Shown: one piece after another, positions 50,201 through 61,003 of the stretch | How the letters are laid out: the number at the start of each line of letters is the position of its first letter | How positions within the stretch are numbered: position 1 is the first letter of the stretch | DNA from: Azolla caroliniana | Taxonomy: Eukaryota; Plantae; Polypodiophyta | DNA: 64,000 nucleotides | NCBI GenBank assembly: GCA_043228905.1 | Contig: JBHGNT010000001.1 | Span: 372,001-436,000 of the forward strand | Reading direction: 5' to 3' | Translations under genes and position numbers: made by a program | Notes under the pieces: model-generated | The model's database searches: none | What the model was told of the DNA's origin: nothing | What the model saw: the letters and a program-made list of their open reading frames with translations, nothing else

Positions 50201-51444
50201 GCTCAAAACAATTAACATTTCTCTCGAGGGCATGATCCAATGATACTTGAAGAGAGATTTAGTAACTTAATGTAATTAAAGCACAACCTTTGTCAATTTG
50301 ATATTTGGATATCTCCTTTAAATGTACATTCTTGTAAAACCATATACAACATTGATGAGTACCAATGATTCATTCAGATCTTGTGCAAAAGGGTGTTGAT
50401 GTGCCTTAAAGTGTGATTGAGTTAAGCAAAGTGTTACGTTCATGTGAATATGTACACACACACACACACACATGTTCTCAAGTGGGAAAGGATCATAGTT
50501 ATATTATTGTTAAATTTTAAGAAAGAACTATAAAGGTAAAATTATAAACATTTTTCTAGGTATTTCTTGTTATGATATTTGAAGTTAAAGCTAAGTCTCT
50601 CTCTCTCTTCCCCCGCGTTAATCATTGCCTTGATCTCAAGTTAAACGCTTAATCATTGTACTTAACTCTAGGTTGAATTTAAAGCATAAACTAATGGTAG
50701 CTTAGTTGTATTGGTGATGTTTCGTTTTGTTTCTCTTCAATTGAGTGCTCAATTTGTAATAGAGTCTCACTTAAGCATTTATTTGATCATGTGAAGGTGA
50801 TTAAGTTATAGAGTAGGATTATGTTGGGATTACGGTCCCTTCGCATGGGATGGTCGGATATCGGAGATGAATGCCGACAAGCCCGGTTTCGGTTTCGGAT
50901 CCGGATGACGAAGACCCCGGTTTCGGTACCGGATGACGAATGTACCCGGAGAGCGATCCGGATGCAGGGACATATCCGTGAATATGTTCGCTATGGGCCC
51001 CTGAGGCTACAGTTGTAAATAGCCCAAAGTCATATAAGTATAAATATGACTTAGGGCAAACAATTTTGTTGTTGCTTCTCATTTTTCTGTTTTTCCACTC
51101 AAGAGGAGTGAAGTGTAAGCAGCCGTGATAGAGAGAGAGAGAGATAGAGCGCGAGAGAGGAAGAGGTAGACGCCTCTGTGTATTTCCGCCGCCTGTGGCG
51201 AGGACAGCGAGCTCAAGGTCGTCGCCTTGCAGCTCGCCATTGTATACTTCTCTGTATAGTGTTGGGTTGGAGTCTTGTACTCCCGTGGTTTTTTCCCGTC
51301 TGGGTTTTCCACGTTAATCCCTGTGTACTCGCGTTCTTGCTTTTTTTCTTTTCGTGTGGTTCCTATTTTCTGCTGCATTGATCCGCGATTACTCGGTTGT
51401 GGCCGAGTGAAGAAGGTGAATAGAAGCGTCTATTCCTTGCAAAT

Positions 51445-51456
51445 TGGTATCAGAGC
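51445..51456 (+). promoter_or_regulatory. tRNA-iMet primer-binding site
   Basis: TGGTATCAGAGC, 3 nt after the LTR end. Confidence 0.95.
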
Positions 51457-51470
51457 GATTGTTGCAGAAA

Positions 51471-54400
51471 ATGGAAGGCGGCGGCAGCGGGCAGCCGGGG
51501 ATGATGGTGCTGAACGCACAGAATTACGCCGACTGGAAGATCAAGATGGAGGATCTTCTGATTGTTCGGGACCTGTACGAACCGATTGACAGGTCGGAAA
51601 TACCGAAGGGGGTACTTGAGTCGGAGTGGAAGCTCCTGAACCGGAAAGCCGTAGCGACGATCCGACAATATGTCGATGTAAGCGTCCTACAACATGTGGC
51701 GAACGACACCAACGCATATGAGATGTGGAAGAAGCTGTCGGGCCTCTACGAGAGGAAGAATGCGTTGAACCGGACCTCCCTGATGAGGAAGATAGTGAAC
51801 CTCAAGTACCGGGACGGCGAGAGTATGGTTGAACACGTAAGCACGTTCATGGGATTCGTGAACCAGCTTGCGGCGATTAAGTTCCCGTTGGAGGATGCAA
51901 TGCAAGCCATCATCCTGATGTGTACATTGCCAGAAAGCTGGGAGAACTTGGTGGTGACTCTCAGCACCTCCTGCACCGAAGATAACTTGTCCTTACAAAC
52001 GGTAAAGACAAGTATTTTGAATGAAGAAGCGCGTCGGAGAGATAAGGAACCGGCCTCCGACCCGAAGATGTTGTTTACCGAATCGGATCGGGGAAGACAA
52101 TGGAACCGGAGTCCGCAAAGACGGGAGAAGTCGGGGACCCGGTCGCAGTCAAGAGGAAGGCCCACATGCTTCCACTGTGGGAAGCCGGGGCACTTCCGAA
52201 AGAATTGTCGGCATTACCGAAAAGACAATGGAACCGACAACACCGATTCGAAGAAGTCACCGGAGAGAAACGGTGCATACCGGGGAGCCACGGACCGGAA
52301 TGGTTCGGATCGGCGAGGACAGGACCGGAAAGGAACGACGGCACTCGCGGCAAGTGAAGAGGAGATCATGCTCATCACCGAAGAAGGTGAACTAAACATT
52401 GCCGGCGATGAGACGACCTGGGTGGTCGATTCCGGAGCATCGTTCCACCTGACCCCGGAGAGAAGATACTTCTCATCCTACACAGCCGGCGAGCATGGCT
52501 GTGTTCGGATGGGAAACGAAGGTACGTGCCGGATTGCCGGCATAGGAGACGTGTGGTTGACAACCCCGACCGGATGCAAAATGCTGCTGAAGAATGTCCG
52601 ACACGTTCCGGAGGTCCGACTGAACCTGATTTCGGCCGGGAGGCTAGATGATGAAGGCTACACGGGTAGCATCCGGAACGGTGTCATGAAGTTCAGCAAG
52701 GGGAGCTTGATAGTGGCTCGGGCCCGGAAGGTCAACACACTGTACCTGATGAATGCCCGGTTATGTCCGGAAGAGCTGAATGTGGCAGCCGACACTGCCG
52801 GTGAGCTGTGGCACAAAAGACTGTGCCACATGAGTGAGAAGGGGATGAAGAGGCTTGCAGAAGACAACCTTATTCCGGTGAAGCATGTGCACCTGGAGAA
52901 GTGCACCGACTGCCTGGCCGGTAAGCAGAACCGAACCTCCTTCCACTCAAGGCCACCGACGAGACGTAGCGCACCATTGGAGTTGGTGCACACCGACGTG
53001 TGTCAGGTAGAAACGAAGTCACATGGCGGAGCCCAGTACTTCGTAACTTTCATAGATGATCACAGCCGAAGACTGTGGACGGCACCGTTGAAGACAAAGG
53101 ACCAAGTGTTGTGCGTCTTCAAAGAACTCCACGCGAGAGTGGAAAGGGAATCCGGCAAGAAGCTGAAAGCGATACGAGCGGATAACGGAGGGGAATACCG
53201 GGGGCAGTTCCAGGAGTACTGTCGCTCGAAGGGAATCCGGCTCGAGTTTACTGTGCCGAAGACGCCGGAACTGAACGGGCTGGCCGAGAGGATGAACCGG
53301 ACCATAATGGAGAGGGTTCGGAGTATGCTGGCGCATGCGAAATTACCCAAGGGGTTTTGGGCTGAGGCAATGTCGACGGCGACATATGTGATAAACCGAT
53401 CACCCTCAGTACCTTTGGACGGAGACACGCCGCAGAGAGTGTGGACCGGTAGGGAAGTATCCTACCGGCATCTGAAGGTGTTCGGGTGTCTCGCATACGT
53501 GCACGTGGCGAAGGACCGGAGAGGAAAGCTAGATCCGAAGACCCGGCCATGCATATTCCTCGGTTACGGCGACGACGAGTTCGGCTACCGAGTATGGGAC
53601 CCGGTCGACAAGAAGATATTCAGGAGTCGAGATATCGTCTTTATGGAGGACAAGACACTCGCCGACTGGGAGTCGGAGAAGAAGATGAAAAGCTCCAAGT
53701 CGACCGGTGAGGATAAACTCTACGAGGAGCAGTCCCGACCGGCAAGGGACCGGTTAGCACTCGAGGACCCGGCCGAAGACGGTGAAGAAACAGAACCGGC
53801 CGAAGAAGATGAAAATGATACCGGAACCGGCCCCGATCCCGAAATGGATTCGGATGAAGAAGAAGAATCGGAAGAACCGGTTACCGAAGCTCCGAAACGG
53901 AGATACCCTCAAAGAGAGAGAAGGGCCCCCCGGAGATTTCCGGAACCAGAGCACGTGTTGCTAACCGACGAGGGGGAGCCGGAGAGCTTTGAGGAAGCGA
54001 AGCATGACACCCAGAGCCGCAGGTGGTTGAGTGCCATGCAGGACGAGATGGATTCCCTGCATGAGAACCACACATATGAACTTGTGGAGTTGCCGAAAGG
54101 AAAGCGGGCACTTCGAAACAAGTGGGTGTTCAAGTTGAAACCGGGAGATGCCGGAAAACCCCCGAGATACAAAGCCAGAATCGTGGTGAAGGGGTTTCAG
54201 CAGAAGAAGGGCGTCGACTTCGACGAGATATTTGCCCCGGTAGTGAAGATGACCTCCATCCGGACGATGCTGAGCATAGCGGCAAGCATGGACCTCGAGG
54301 TAGAACAGATGGACGTGAAGACGGCATTCCTTCACGGCGACCTCGATGAAGAGATCTACATGCAGCAACCGGAAGGATTCGAGAAGAAAGGGAAGGAGCA

Positions 54401-55547
54401 CCTGGTATGCCGGTTGAAGAAGAGCCTTTACGGACTGAAGCAGGCTCCCCGGCAATGGTACCGGAAGTTCGACTCCTTCATGACCGACGAAGGGTACCTC
54501 AAAACACAGTCCGACCACTGCGTGTTTGTGAAGAAGTTCGAAGGAGGAGACTTTCTAATACTCCTCCTGTACGTGGACGACATGTTGATCGTCGGACGGG
54601 ACCAGGTCAAGATCCGGATGCTGAAGAAGGCTCTTCACCGAACCTTCTCAATGAAGGACCTGGGTCCGGCGAGACAAATACTAGGGATGCACATCATCCG
54701 GGACCGGAGCAAGAAGCAGTTGTGGCTGTCACAGGAGAAGTACGTGACGAAGGTGCTTCACCGGTTCAACATGTCGGAAGCAAGACCGGTCGGATCGACC
54801 CTCCTAGCAAACTGCAAGCTGTCCAGCAAGCAAAGTCCCAAGACAAAGGCTGAAAAGGAGGATATGATGAAAGTGCCGTATGCCTCAGCCGTCGGGAGCT
54901 TGATGTACGCCATGGTGTGTACGAGACCGGACATAGGATATGCAGTCGGAGTGGTGAGCCGGTACATGAGCAATCCCGGCAAAGAGCATTGGAACGCGGT
55001 CAAGTGGATACTCCGATACCTGAAGGGCACAGCGAATGTGTGCCTCCGATTCGGCTCCGGTAAACCCGAACTCGACGGTTTCACCGATTCGGATATGTCG
55101 GCTGATGCAGATACCAGCCGGTCCACATCAGGGTATGTGATGACGTATGCAGGGGGAGCTGTTTCATGGCAGTCGAGGCTGCAGAAGACGGTTGCGTTGT
55201 CAACTACGGAGGCGGAGTACATGGCGGCTGTTGAAGCCGGCAAGGAAGTAATATGGATGAAGGACTTCATTAGAGAGCTCGGTATCCGGCAGGAGGAGTA
55301 CCGACTCTACTGTGACAGTCAGAGTGCAATCCACCTTGCGAAGAACGCGACCTATCACTCCCGGACGAAGCACATCCAGCGAAGATATCACTGGATCCGG
55401 GAAAGGATAGAAGACAAGGAGTTCGTGCTGACAAAGATCCACACGGACGAGAACGGGTCGGATATGCTGACCAAGGTCCTCACACCCGACAAGCTGGAAG
55501 CATGCTGGAAGAGGATCGGATTGGAAAGACATCCCATGCCGAAGTGA
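51471..55547 (+). CDS. Copia gag-pol polyprotein, 1358 aa (GAG-CCHC-PR-INT-RT-RH)
   Basis: CFHCGKPGHFRKNC; WVVDSGASFH; LWHKRLCH; VHTDVC/ADNGGEY/NGLAERMNRT; QMDVKTAFL, YVDD; TDSD, STTEAEY, TKHI. Confidence 0.97.
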   Translation: MEGGGSGQPGMMVLNAQNYADWKIKMEDLLIVRDLYEPIDRSEIPKGVLESEWKLLNRKAVATIRQYVDVSVLQHVANDTNAYEMWKKLSGLYERKNALNRTSLMRKIVNLKYRDGESMVEHVSTFMGFVNQLAAIKFPLEDAMQAIILMCTLPESWENLVVTLSTSCTEDNLSLQTVKTSILNEEARRRDKEPASDPKMLFTESDRGRQWNRSPQRREKSGTRSQSRGRPTCFHCGKPGHFRKNCRHYRKDNGTDNTDSKKSPERNGAYRGATDRNGSDRRGQDRKGTTALAASEEEIMLITEEGELNIAGDETTWVVDSGASFHLTPERRYFSSYTAGEHGCVRMGNEGTCRIAGIGDVWLTTPTGCKMLLKNVRHVPEVRLNLISAGRLDDEGYTGSIRNGVMKFSKGSLIVARARKVNTLYLMNARLCPEELNVAADTAGELWHKRLCHMSEKGMKRLAEDNLIPVKHVHLEKCTDCLAGKQNRTSFHSRPPTRRSAPLELVHTDVCQVETKSHGGAQYFVTFIDDHSRRLWTAPLKTKDQVLCVFKELHARVERESGKKLKAIRADNGGEYRGQFQEYCRSKGIRLEFTVPKTPELNGLAERMNRTIMERVRSMLAHAKLPKGFWAEAMSTATYVINRSPSVPLDGDTPQRVWTGREVSYRHLKVFGCLAYVHVAKDRRGKLDPKTRPCIFLGYGDDEFGYRVWDPVDKKIFRSRDIVFMEDKTLADWESEKKMKSSKSTGEDKLYEEQSRPARDRLALEDPAEDGEETEPAEEDENDTGTGPDPEMDSDEEEESEEPVTEAPKRRYPQRERRAPRRFPEPEHVLLTDEGEPESFEEAKHDTQSRRWLSAMQDEMDSLHENHTYELVELPKGKRALRNKWVFKLKPGDAGKPPRYKARIVVKGFQQKKGVDFDEIFAPVVKMTSIRTMLSIAASMDLEVEQMDVKTAFLHGDLDEEIYMQQPEGFEKKGKEHLVCRLKKSLYGLKQAPRQWYRKFDSFMTDEGYLKTQSDHCVFVKKFEGGDFLILLLYVDDMLIVGRDQVKIRMLKKALHRTFSMKDLGPARQILGMHIIRDRSKKQLWLSQEKYVTKVLHRFNMSEARPVGSTLLANCKLSSKQSPKTKAEKEDMMKVPYASAVGSLMYAMVCTRPDIGYAVGVVSRYMSNPGKEHWNAVKWILRYLKGTANVCLRFGSGKPELDGFTDSDMSADADTSRSTSGYVMTYAGGAVSWQSRLQKTVALSTTEAEYMAAVEAGKEVIWMKDFIRELGIRQEEYRLYCDSQSAIHLAKNATYHSRTKHIQRRYHWIRERIEDKEFVLTKIHTDENGSDMLTKVLTPDKLEACWKRIGLERHPMPK

Positions 55548-56783
55548 AGGGGGAGTTTGTTGGGATTACGGTCCCTTCGCATGGGATGGTCGGATATCGG
55601 AGATGAATGCCGACAAGCCCGGTTTCGGTTTCGGATCCGGATGACGAAGACCCCGGTTTCGGTACCGGATGACGAATGTACCCGGAGAGCGATCCGGATG
55701 CAGGGACATATCCGTGAATATGTTCGCTATGGGCCCCTGAGGCTACAGTTGTAAATAGCCCAAAGTCATATAAGTATAAATATGACTTAGGGCAAACAGT
55801 TTTGTTGTTGCTTCTCATTTTTCTGTTTTTCCACTCAAGAGGAGTGAAGTGTAAGCAGCCGTGATAGAGAGAGAGAGAGATAGAGCGCGAGAGAGGAAGA
55901 GGTAGACGCCTCTGTGTATTTCCGCCGCCTGTGGCGAGGACAGCGAGCTCAAGGTCGTCGCCTTGCAGCTCGCCATTGTATACTTCTCTGTATAGTGTTG
56001 GGTTGGAGTCTTGTACTCCCGTGGTTTTTTCCCGTCTGGGTTTTCCACGTTAATCCCTGTGTACTCGCGTTCTTGCTTTTTTTCCTTTCGTGTGGTTCCT
56101 ATTTTCTGCTGCATTGATCCGCGATTACTCGGTTGTGGCCGAGTGAAGAAGGTGAATAGAAGCGTCTATTCCTTGCAAATTAGTCTCTGTTTCAATAGTT
56201 ACTTTGCATCTTAGTAGCCTTAGAGAGATCGACACTCACTCACGTCCACCTTGTTAACAAAAGGCTTAACAATGGTGCACTCTTGTACATAGACCATATA
56301 TACTTTTCAAGAAGAATGCCAAGAGTATGAAGTAGCTTCTAGTGAGAAGACAAAAATACGCTATAAAACGAGGTTAGGAAAGTGGTTTGTTGAGTGAGTT
56401 AGTTCATTCCATTGACATGTTGGCTCCTCACGAACAATAGGTTGTGTTTCACTAAATTCCCATAACAATGAATGGATGACGTTGCACCAATGCATGGCGA
56501 GAATATGTCATTGTTATCATAAATTATTGCCCATCATGGACAACAAAATATTATATGAGACAATTTTATATGTGTGGACAAAAGAAGGGGCACGAGTTAA
56601 TGAATAAGGTATTGGACAAAAAAAATGCAAAAAGGCTTGGTGAATAGACGAACAAATGCTCAAAAGACCAGATGTTATGAAAATGCAAAGGTGTGGGTAA
56701 GTGAACGAGAGGGCGAGGACAACAATGACGATGAAAACATACCCCTTGGAAACAACCACCCAATGATGATAGTATATTGACAA

Positions 56784-56796
56784 TGTAAAGAATCGG

Positions 56797-56830
<34 letters not shown>

Positions 56831-57939
56831 CTCACGATTACAAAAAAACAGAAAACTGTATTACAAAGAAAGCAAGAATAACCAACAGTTATAAAGAAAG
56901 AGAGAAGGTGCTTATGTAGTATTCATACCACATGCACTAAGGGTTGCCATTGGACAACTTAGAATATCATCTCACCAACTTGAGATTGAGAATGGCCGTA
57001 CTAATGGAGTCCCTGGGGAGGAAAGGATACGTAGGTTATGTCACATAGAGATAGAGGATGAGTATCACTTTACATGCAAGTGTCCAATCTATGCCGAGAT
57101 AAGGGCAAAATACCAAGACATACTTGGTTCCTTTCCCACCCTCCCCAAACTATTAGATACTCTAGATATAAAGAAATTAGGCAAATACATTCTAGAGCTA
57201 AAACAACACTGAGAGAATAAGGTACAAAATGTTGACAATAATGTTGCTAATGTTCACCAACATGTAACAAATGAAGTTTTTCAGGAACAGGGGGAGACAA
57301 CAAATGTCGACACACTTGCACCACTCGGCCTTTCCCTTGACGAGGCAGAAAACCAAAGAAGAACCAGACATCCTCGGGTGCCGGGTTTCAAAGCAACTCG
57401 ACGTGGTGTGGAAGCAATAATGAAAATAAAGGAACGTGAGCTACACCGCCTAGAAGCCATGGCTAGGGCACTCTCTACATTGGAACCACGGGTCACACCC
57501 ACATCAAAACCCTTTGACCCCCCACTTCTTTTTGAGAAGCTTGGGTGGAAATAAAAATAGAATTAGTGTAAAGTCACTTCCTTTATCGAGTATACCATGT
57601 ATTGTACACTACTATAACTCTTTTAGTTTAAGTTCCATGTTTACTTTATTTTATTTTAGTTATGATGACTGGATAAATACTCATTTTGTTGTAAACCAAT
57701 TGTCTCATGGGCCAAATTTGGCCTTAGAAGACGTCAATATATCTTTCTTTCTTTCTAAGTTGTCTCACTACTACCACCTCTTGGGAAAGAGGTCATGTCT
57801 TAACTACTTAAGGAATATGTGTCATAGGACATTAACTTCTATGACACACTAGTTACTATACAAGGAGGTGCGGTGTTCACACACTTGAGTATCCCAGAGT
57901 GTGTTCCCACTCACGGGAAGTTGAGTTCGATTCTCAACA
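56784..57939 (-). mobile_element. Solo LTR of the 14074-26202 Copia family, interrupted by a LINE fragment
   Basis: TGTAAAGAATCGG matches 26033; 57775-57939 matches 14245-14407. Confidence 0.85.
56919..57745 (+). mobile_element. 5'-truncated RTEX/L2-like LINE (ORF2 C-terminal zinc-finger region plus 3' UTR)
   Basis: Translates IGQLRISSHQLEIENGR....EERI.RLC..EIEDEYHFTCKCPIYAEIR. Confidence 0.8.
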
Positions 57940-59382
57940 TGCAATATATGGGACATCAATGATGGTAATATGATGACCTTTGTTGTGTTTGACACAATGA
58001 TATATTGGTGAAGCATCATTATACTAGTGCTAACAAATATAACCTTTATATTATAACGAAACCAAGGAGGAGGGTGAATTCTTGATATAATATCATAACA
58101 TGAGAGAGAGTAAAAAAATCATCTCAAGATTTTTTATTGACGCTCTTTATGGTCGCCAAGAGGGTGGTGATGGCTCATACCCAAAATCATGACGTGCATT
58201 TTAATATGTTACCACTCGGTTTTGAATACATCACCATCATATGTGTTATTGTATTTTCATCATCAAGGTGTGGCTTGTCAATATTGACAATGGTAGAACC
58301 ATGGGTGGTTTGACCATATAATAACCTCACATACTATACACCCACACAACCTTATATTCATCCAAACATTGTACATAAGAAAGAAGGATCAACGAAACGT
58401 ACGACTGATTGGTGGATTGAGGACTCGTGGTGACAAACAAAGCATGAAGTCATAGACAGCCAATGGAAACAATATTACATCGACTTCAGGAAGACACTGA
58501 AGATCTTTGTACACGAGGAGGGTTTCTCTCAATAGTTGATCTCAAGTAGATCAATGTCAATCACAAGATATTAGTCCATCGTGTCATTCCTTCTCATATT
58601 AATTACTATTCTAACATTTGCATTGTCACTTTGTCTAATTCTTGTACACCCTTGTCTCCCTCTTGTGTCTCACGAGCACTCATGCCTCTCGATGTCTTAA
58701 TTTTACTCCCTCGTTTCATCGTATCAAAATTCTTCCAAGCAAAGCCAATCATTCTCATTTACCCACTTGCTTGTTTTGTTCATTCATCTTCTTATATGCT
58801 TCTCCTATCTTATGATCTTTATCGTTTGTTCACGTACATCTTTGCTAATCTATCTTCTTGTTTGCCACTTGCCCATCTAAACATTTGAATGTCCAACCTT
58901 CTTGCATCTTCTCGCATGATCCTTCAGTCGTTCGCACATGGTCCTTCTTGCATCCACACACCTACTCACTCTTTTTTCCTACATGCATGGCGTTGTCTTT
59001 ATGAATCAATCAAGCCATTTTTTTGAACAGGAAATAATGGGGAATTGTAACAAATACACGTGATTCTACTTCGAAAGCTTTTGTCATTGGCCAATGGCCA
59101 ATGTTTTAGTGAATGATAAAATAGTTTTCTCGAATAATAGGTACAATTGTATTATACGTAAGAAGATATATATTATACTTGATAATGTTTAGGTTGAATG
59201 ACTCGATCTCATTGAATGAAGATTCCTCTTTGTTGTGAATGTCGTAATGTACAAGCATATTATGCAAAGACAAGAAGGCCATGCATACATACATCAATAT
59301 GATTAGAGGAGTGGGCAAACCCCAAAATCCAGATCATCAAGCATAAGCATTAGTGGGGAAACCAATGATCCAACACAGTTCA

Positions 59383-59439
<57 letters not shown>

Positions 59440-59833
59440 AAGGCATATGTACGTATGTATAAATATGGGGGCGGAATATAAATATCAAAAAAATATAGAT
59501 GTTAAATAATAGGAAAGGAAATTAATGTCCAATTATGTAAATATATAATAAATACCAGGCTGGATTCTGTGTATTAGGTTTGGGTATGTTATGTACATAT
59601 GTTATGTATGTATTGCAAAAATTGCGAGAGAAACAGAGGCCAGGCAGCAGAGAGACTGTTGTTGAGGAATACTTTCTCTCTCTCTCTCTCTCTCTCTCTC
59701 AGAGAGTGTTTCTTTCTTCTCCCTCACATTGAGAAACTGTTTGACCCCATTCTGTCCCACAGCAAGACAACAGAAAAAACAGGGTTTGTGTGTATCTGTG
59801 TACCGTCGTGCCTTACTCTACATCGCCATAGCG

Positions 59834-61003
59834 ATGGCGAGCTCTACAACAGGTACCCAATTCTTTTACTGCTACAGATGCGATAGAAACATTAGAGTTC
59901 CTCCAACATCATCCTCATCAGAGGCGGGAGATGCAGGGGAACTTGTTTGCCCTGACTGTGGAGAAGGATTCCTAGAAGAAGTAGAAGCACCACCACAGCC
60001 TTCAGATCTTTCACTGCCGCCCACGATTGGTCCATGGGCGTTCAACGAGGCCCCTTTCGGTTTTGCACGTGGCGTCAACCAACCGAGATCTGGCGCACCA
60101 CCTATCTCGCCTGCTGCAGCTGTGAATATGAATACAGGTATGGATGCAAACGCTCGTGGAGTGCCCCCTTTCGTGGACGTATTCTCAGCAATTCTTCAAC
60201 AGATCCAAAACACACAACCAAATTTAGAGATTTTCTTTGATAATGGAGAAGGACCTAGACGGTTACCTGGTAACCTTGGCGACTACTTTTGGGGTGCGGG
60301 GCTAGATCAACTCATCCAACAACTAGCCGAAAATGACCCCAATCGATACGGGAACCCCCCGGCATCAAAATCTGCTATCGAATCCATGCCCACTATCATC
60401 ATCTCCCAAGAACATCTTGGCACAGAGGAAGCTGCCCTGTGTGCTGTTTGCAAGGAAGAATTTGAATTGGGCTCCAAAGCTCGTCAAATGCCTTGTTTGC
60501 ATCTATACCATTCCGAATGTATACTCCCTTGGCTTAGCCAGCACAATTCATGTCCAGTATGTCGATATGAAATGCCAACCGATGATGCCGAGTCGCAAAG
60601 AGGACGCGAACAAGGGGTCAGGGATATGACCGCCACCATAGAAACAGCCTCTAATAATCTGCCCTCAAGTCAGGGTTTGTCTAACACGACCATTCCAACA
60701 GCAACAATGAGTGGTAATCGGTTTCAGATTAACCTTCCAGGATGGTTTCGGAACACCAGAGCAGTTTCGCGCCAACCCACCAGAACAGTTTCGCAGTCAC
60801 CCGCAAATGCTCAGGTGGGAACCTCAAGCCAAGCTAATAGTGCGGAGACAGTATCTAGTGGCCCTGCAGCTGGGGAAAGTATAGATACTCCTGGAGAGAC
60901 TTCTCGACCTCATCGTGGCATTGGCATTGGTGATAATGATGATGATGATGAAGGTGATGGTGATAGAATCATGATGGAAGCCCTCCATGAAGATCTGGAT
61001 TAG
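59834..61003 (+). CDS. BTL/RNF126-RNF115-like RING-H2 E3 ubiquitin ligase (N-terminal BZF zinc ribbon), 389 aa, intronless CDS
   Basis: FYCYRCDR...CPDCGEGFLEE; GDYFWGAGLDQLIQQLAENDPNRYGNPPASKSAI; CAVCKEEF...MPCLHLYHSECILPWL..HNSCPVCR. Confidence 0.95.
   Translation: MASSTTGTQFFYCYRCDRNIRVPPTSSSSEAGDAGELVCPDCGEGFLEEVEAPPQPSDLSLPPTIGPWAFNEAPFGFARGVNQPRSGAPPISPAAAVNMNTGMDANARGVPPFVDVFSAILQQIQNTQPNLEIFFDNGEGPRRLPGNLGDYFWGAGLDQLIQQLAENDPNRYGNPPASKSAIESMPTIIISQEHLGTEEAALCAVCKEEFELGSKARQMPCLHLYHSECILPWLSQHNSCPVCRYEMPTDDAESQRGREQGVRDMTATIETASNNLPSSQGLSNTTIPTATMSGNRFQINLPGWFRNTRAVSRQPTRTVSQSPANAQVGTSSQANSAETVSSGPAAGESIDTPGETSRPHRGIGIGDNDDDDEGDGDRIMMEALHEDLD

Larger units (their letters stand above)
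50822..56177 (+). mobile_element. Intact, very young Ty1/Copia (Tork/Tnt1-like) retrotransposon; LTRs 50822-51441 and 55558-56177
   Basis: 620-bp TG...CA LTRs with 2 visible mismatches; PBS 51445-51456; PPT 55541-55557; flanks GATTA/AATTA; uninterrupted ORF. Confidence 0.98.

Noticed and set aside
47700-50450. Decayed PIF/Harbinger-like transposase remnant
   Set aside because: Only vague motif resemblance by eye; no supportable ORF, TIR or TSD without an HMM search.
51450-55582. Many antisense and alternate-frame ORFs over the Copia and Gypsy coding regions
   Set aside because: Expected shadows of GC-rich coding sequence; no independent motifs.
59729-59833. N-terminal extension of the RING ligase in the ORF track
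   Set aside because: It begins at a TTG; the first ATG in good context (59834) directly precedes the conserved zinc ribbon.
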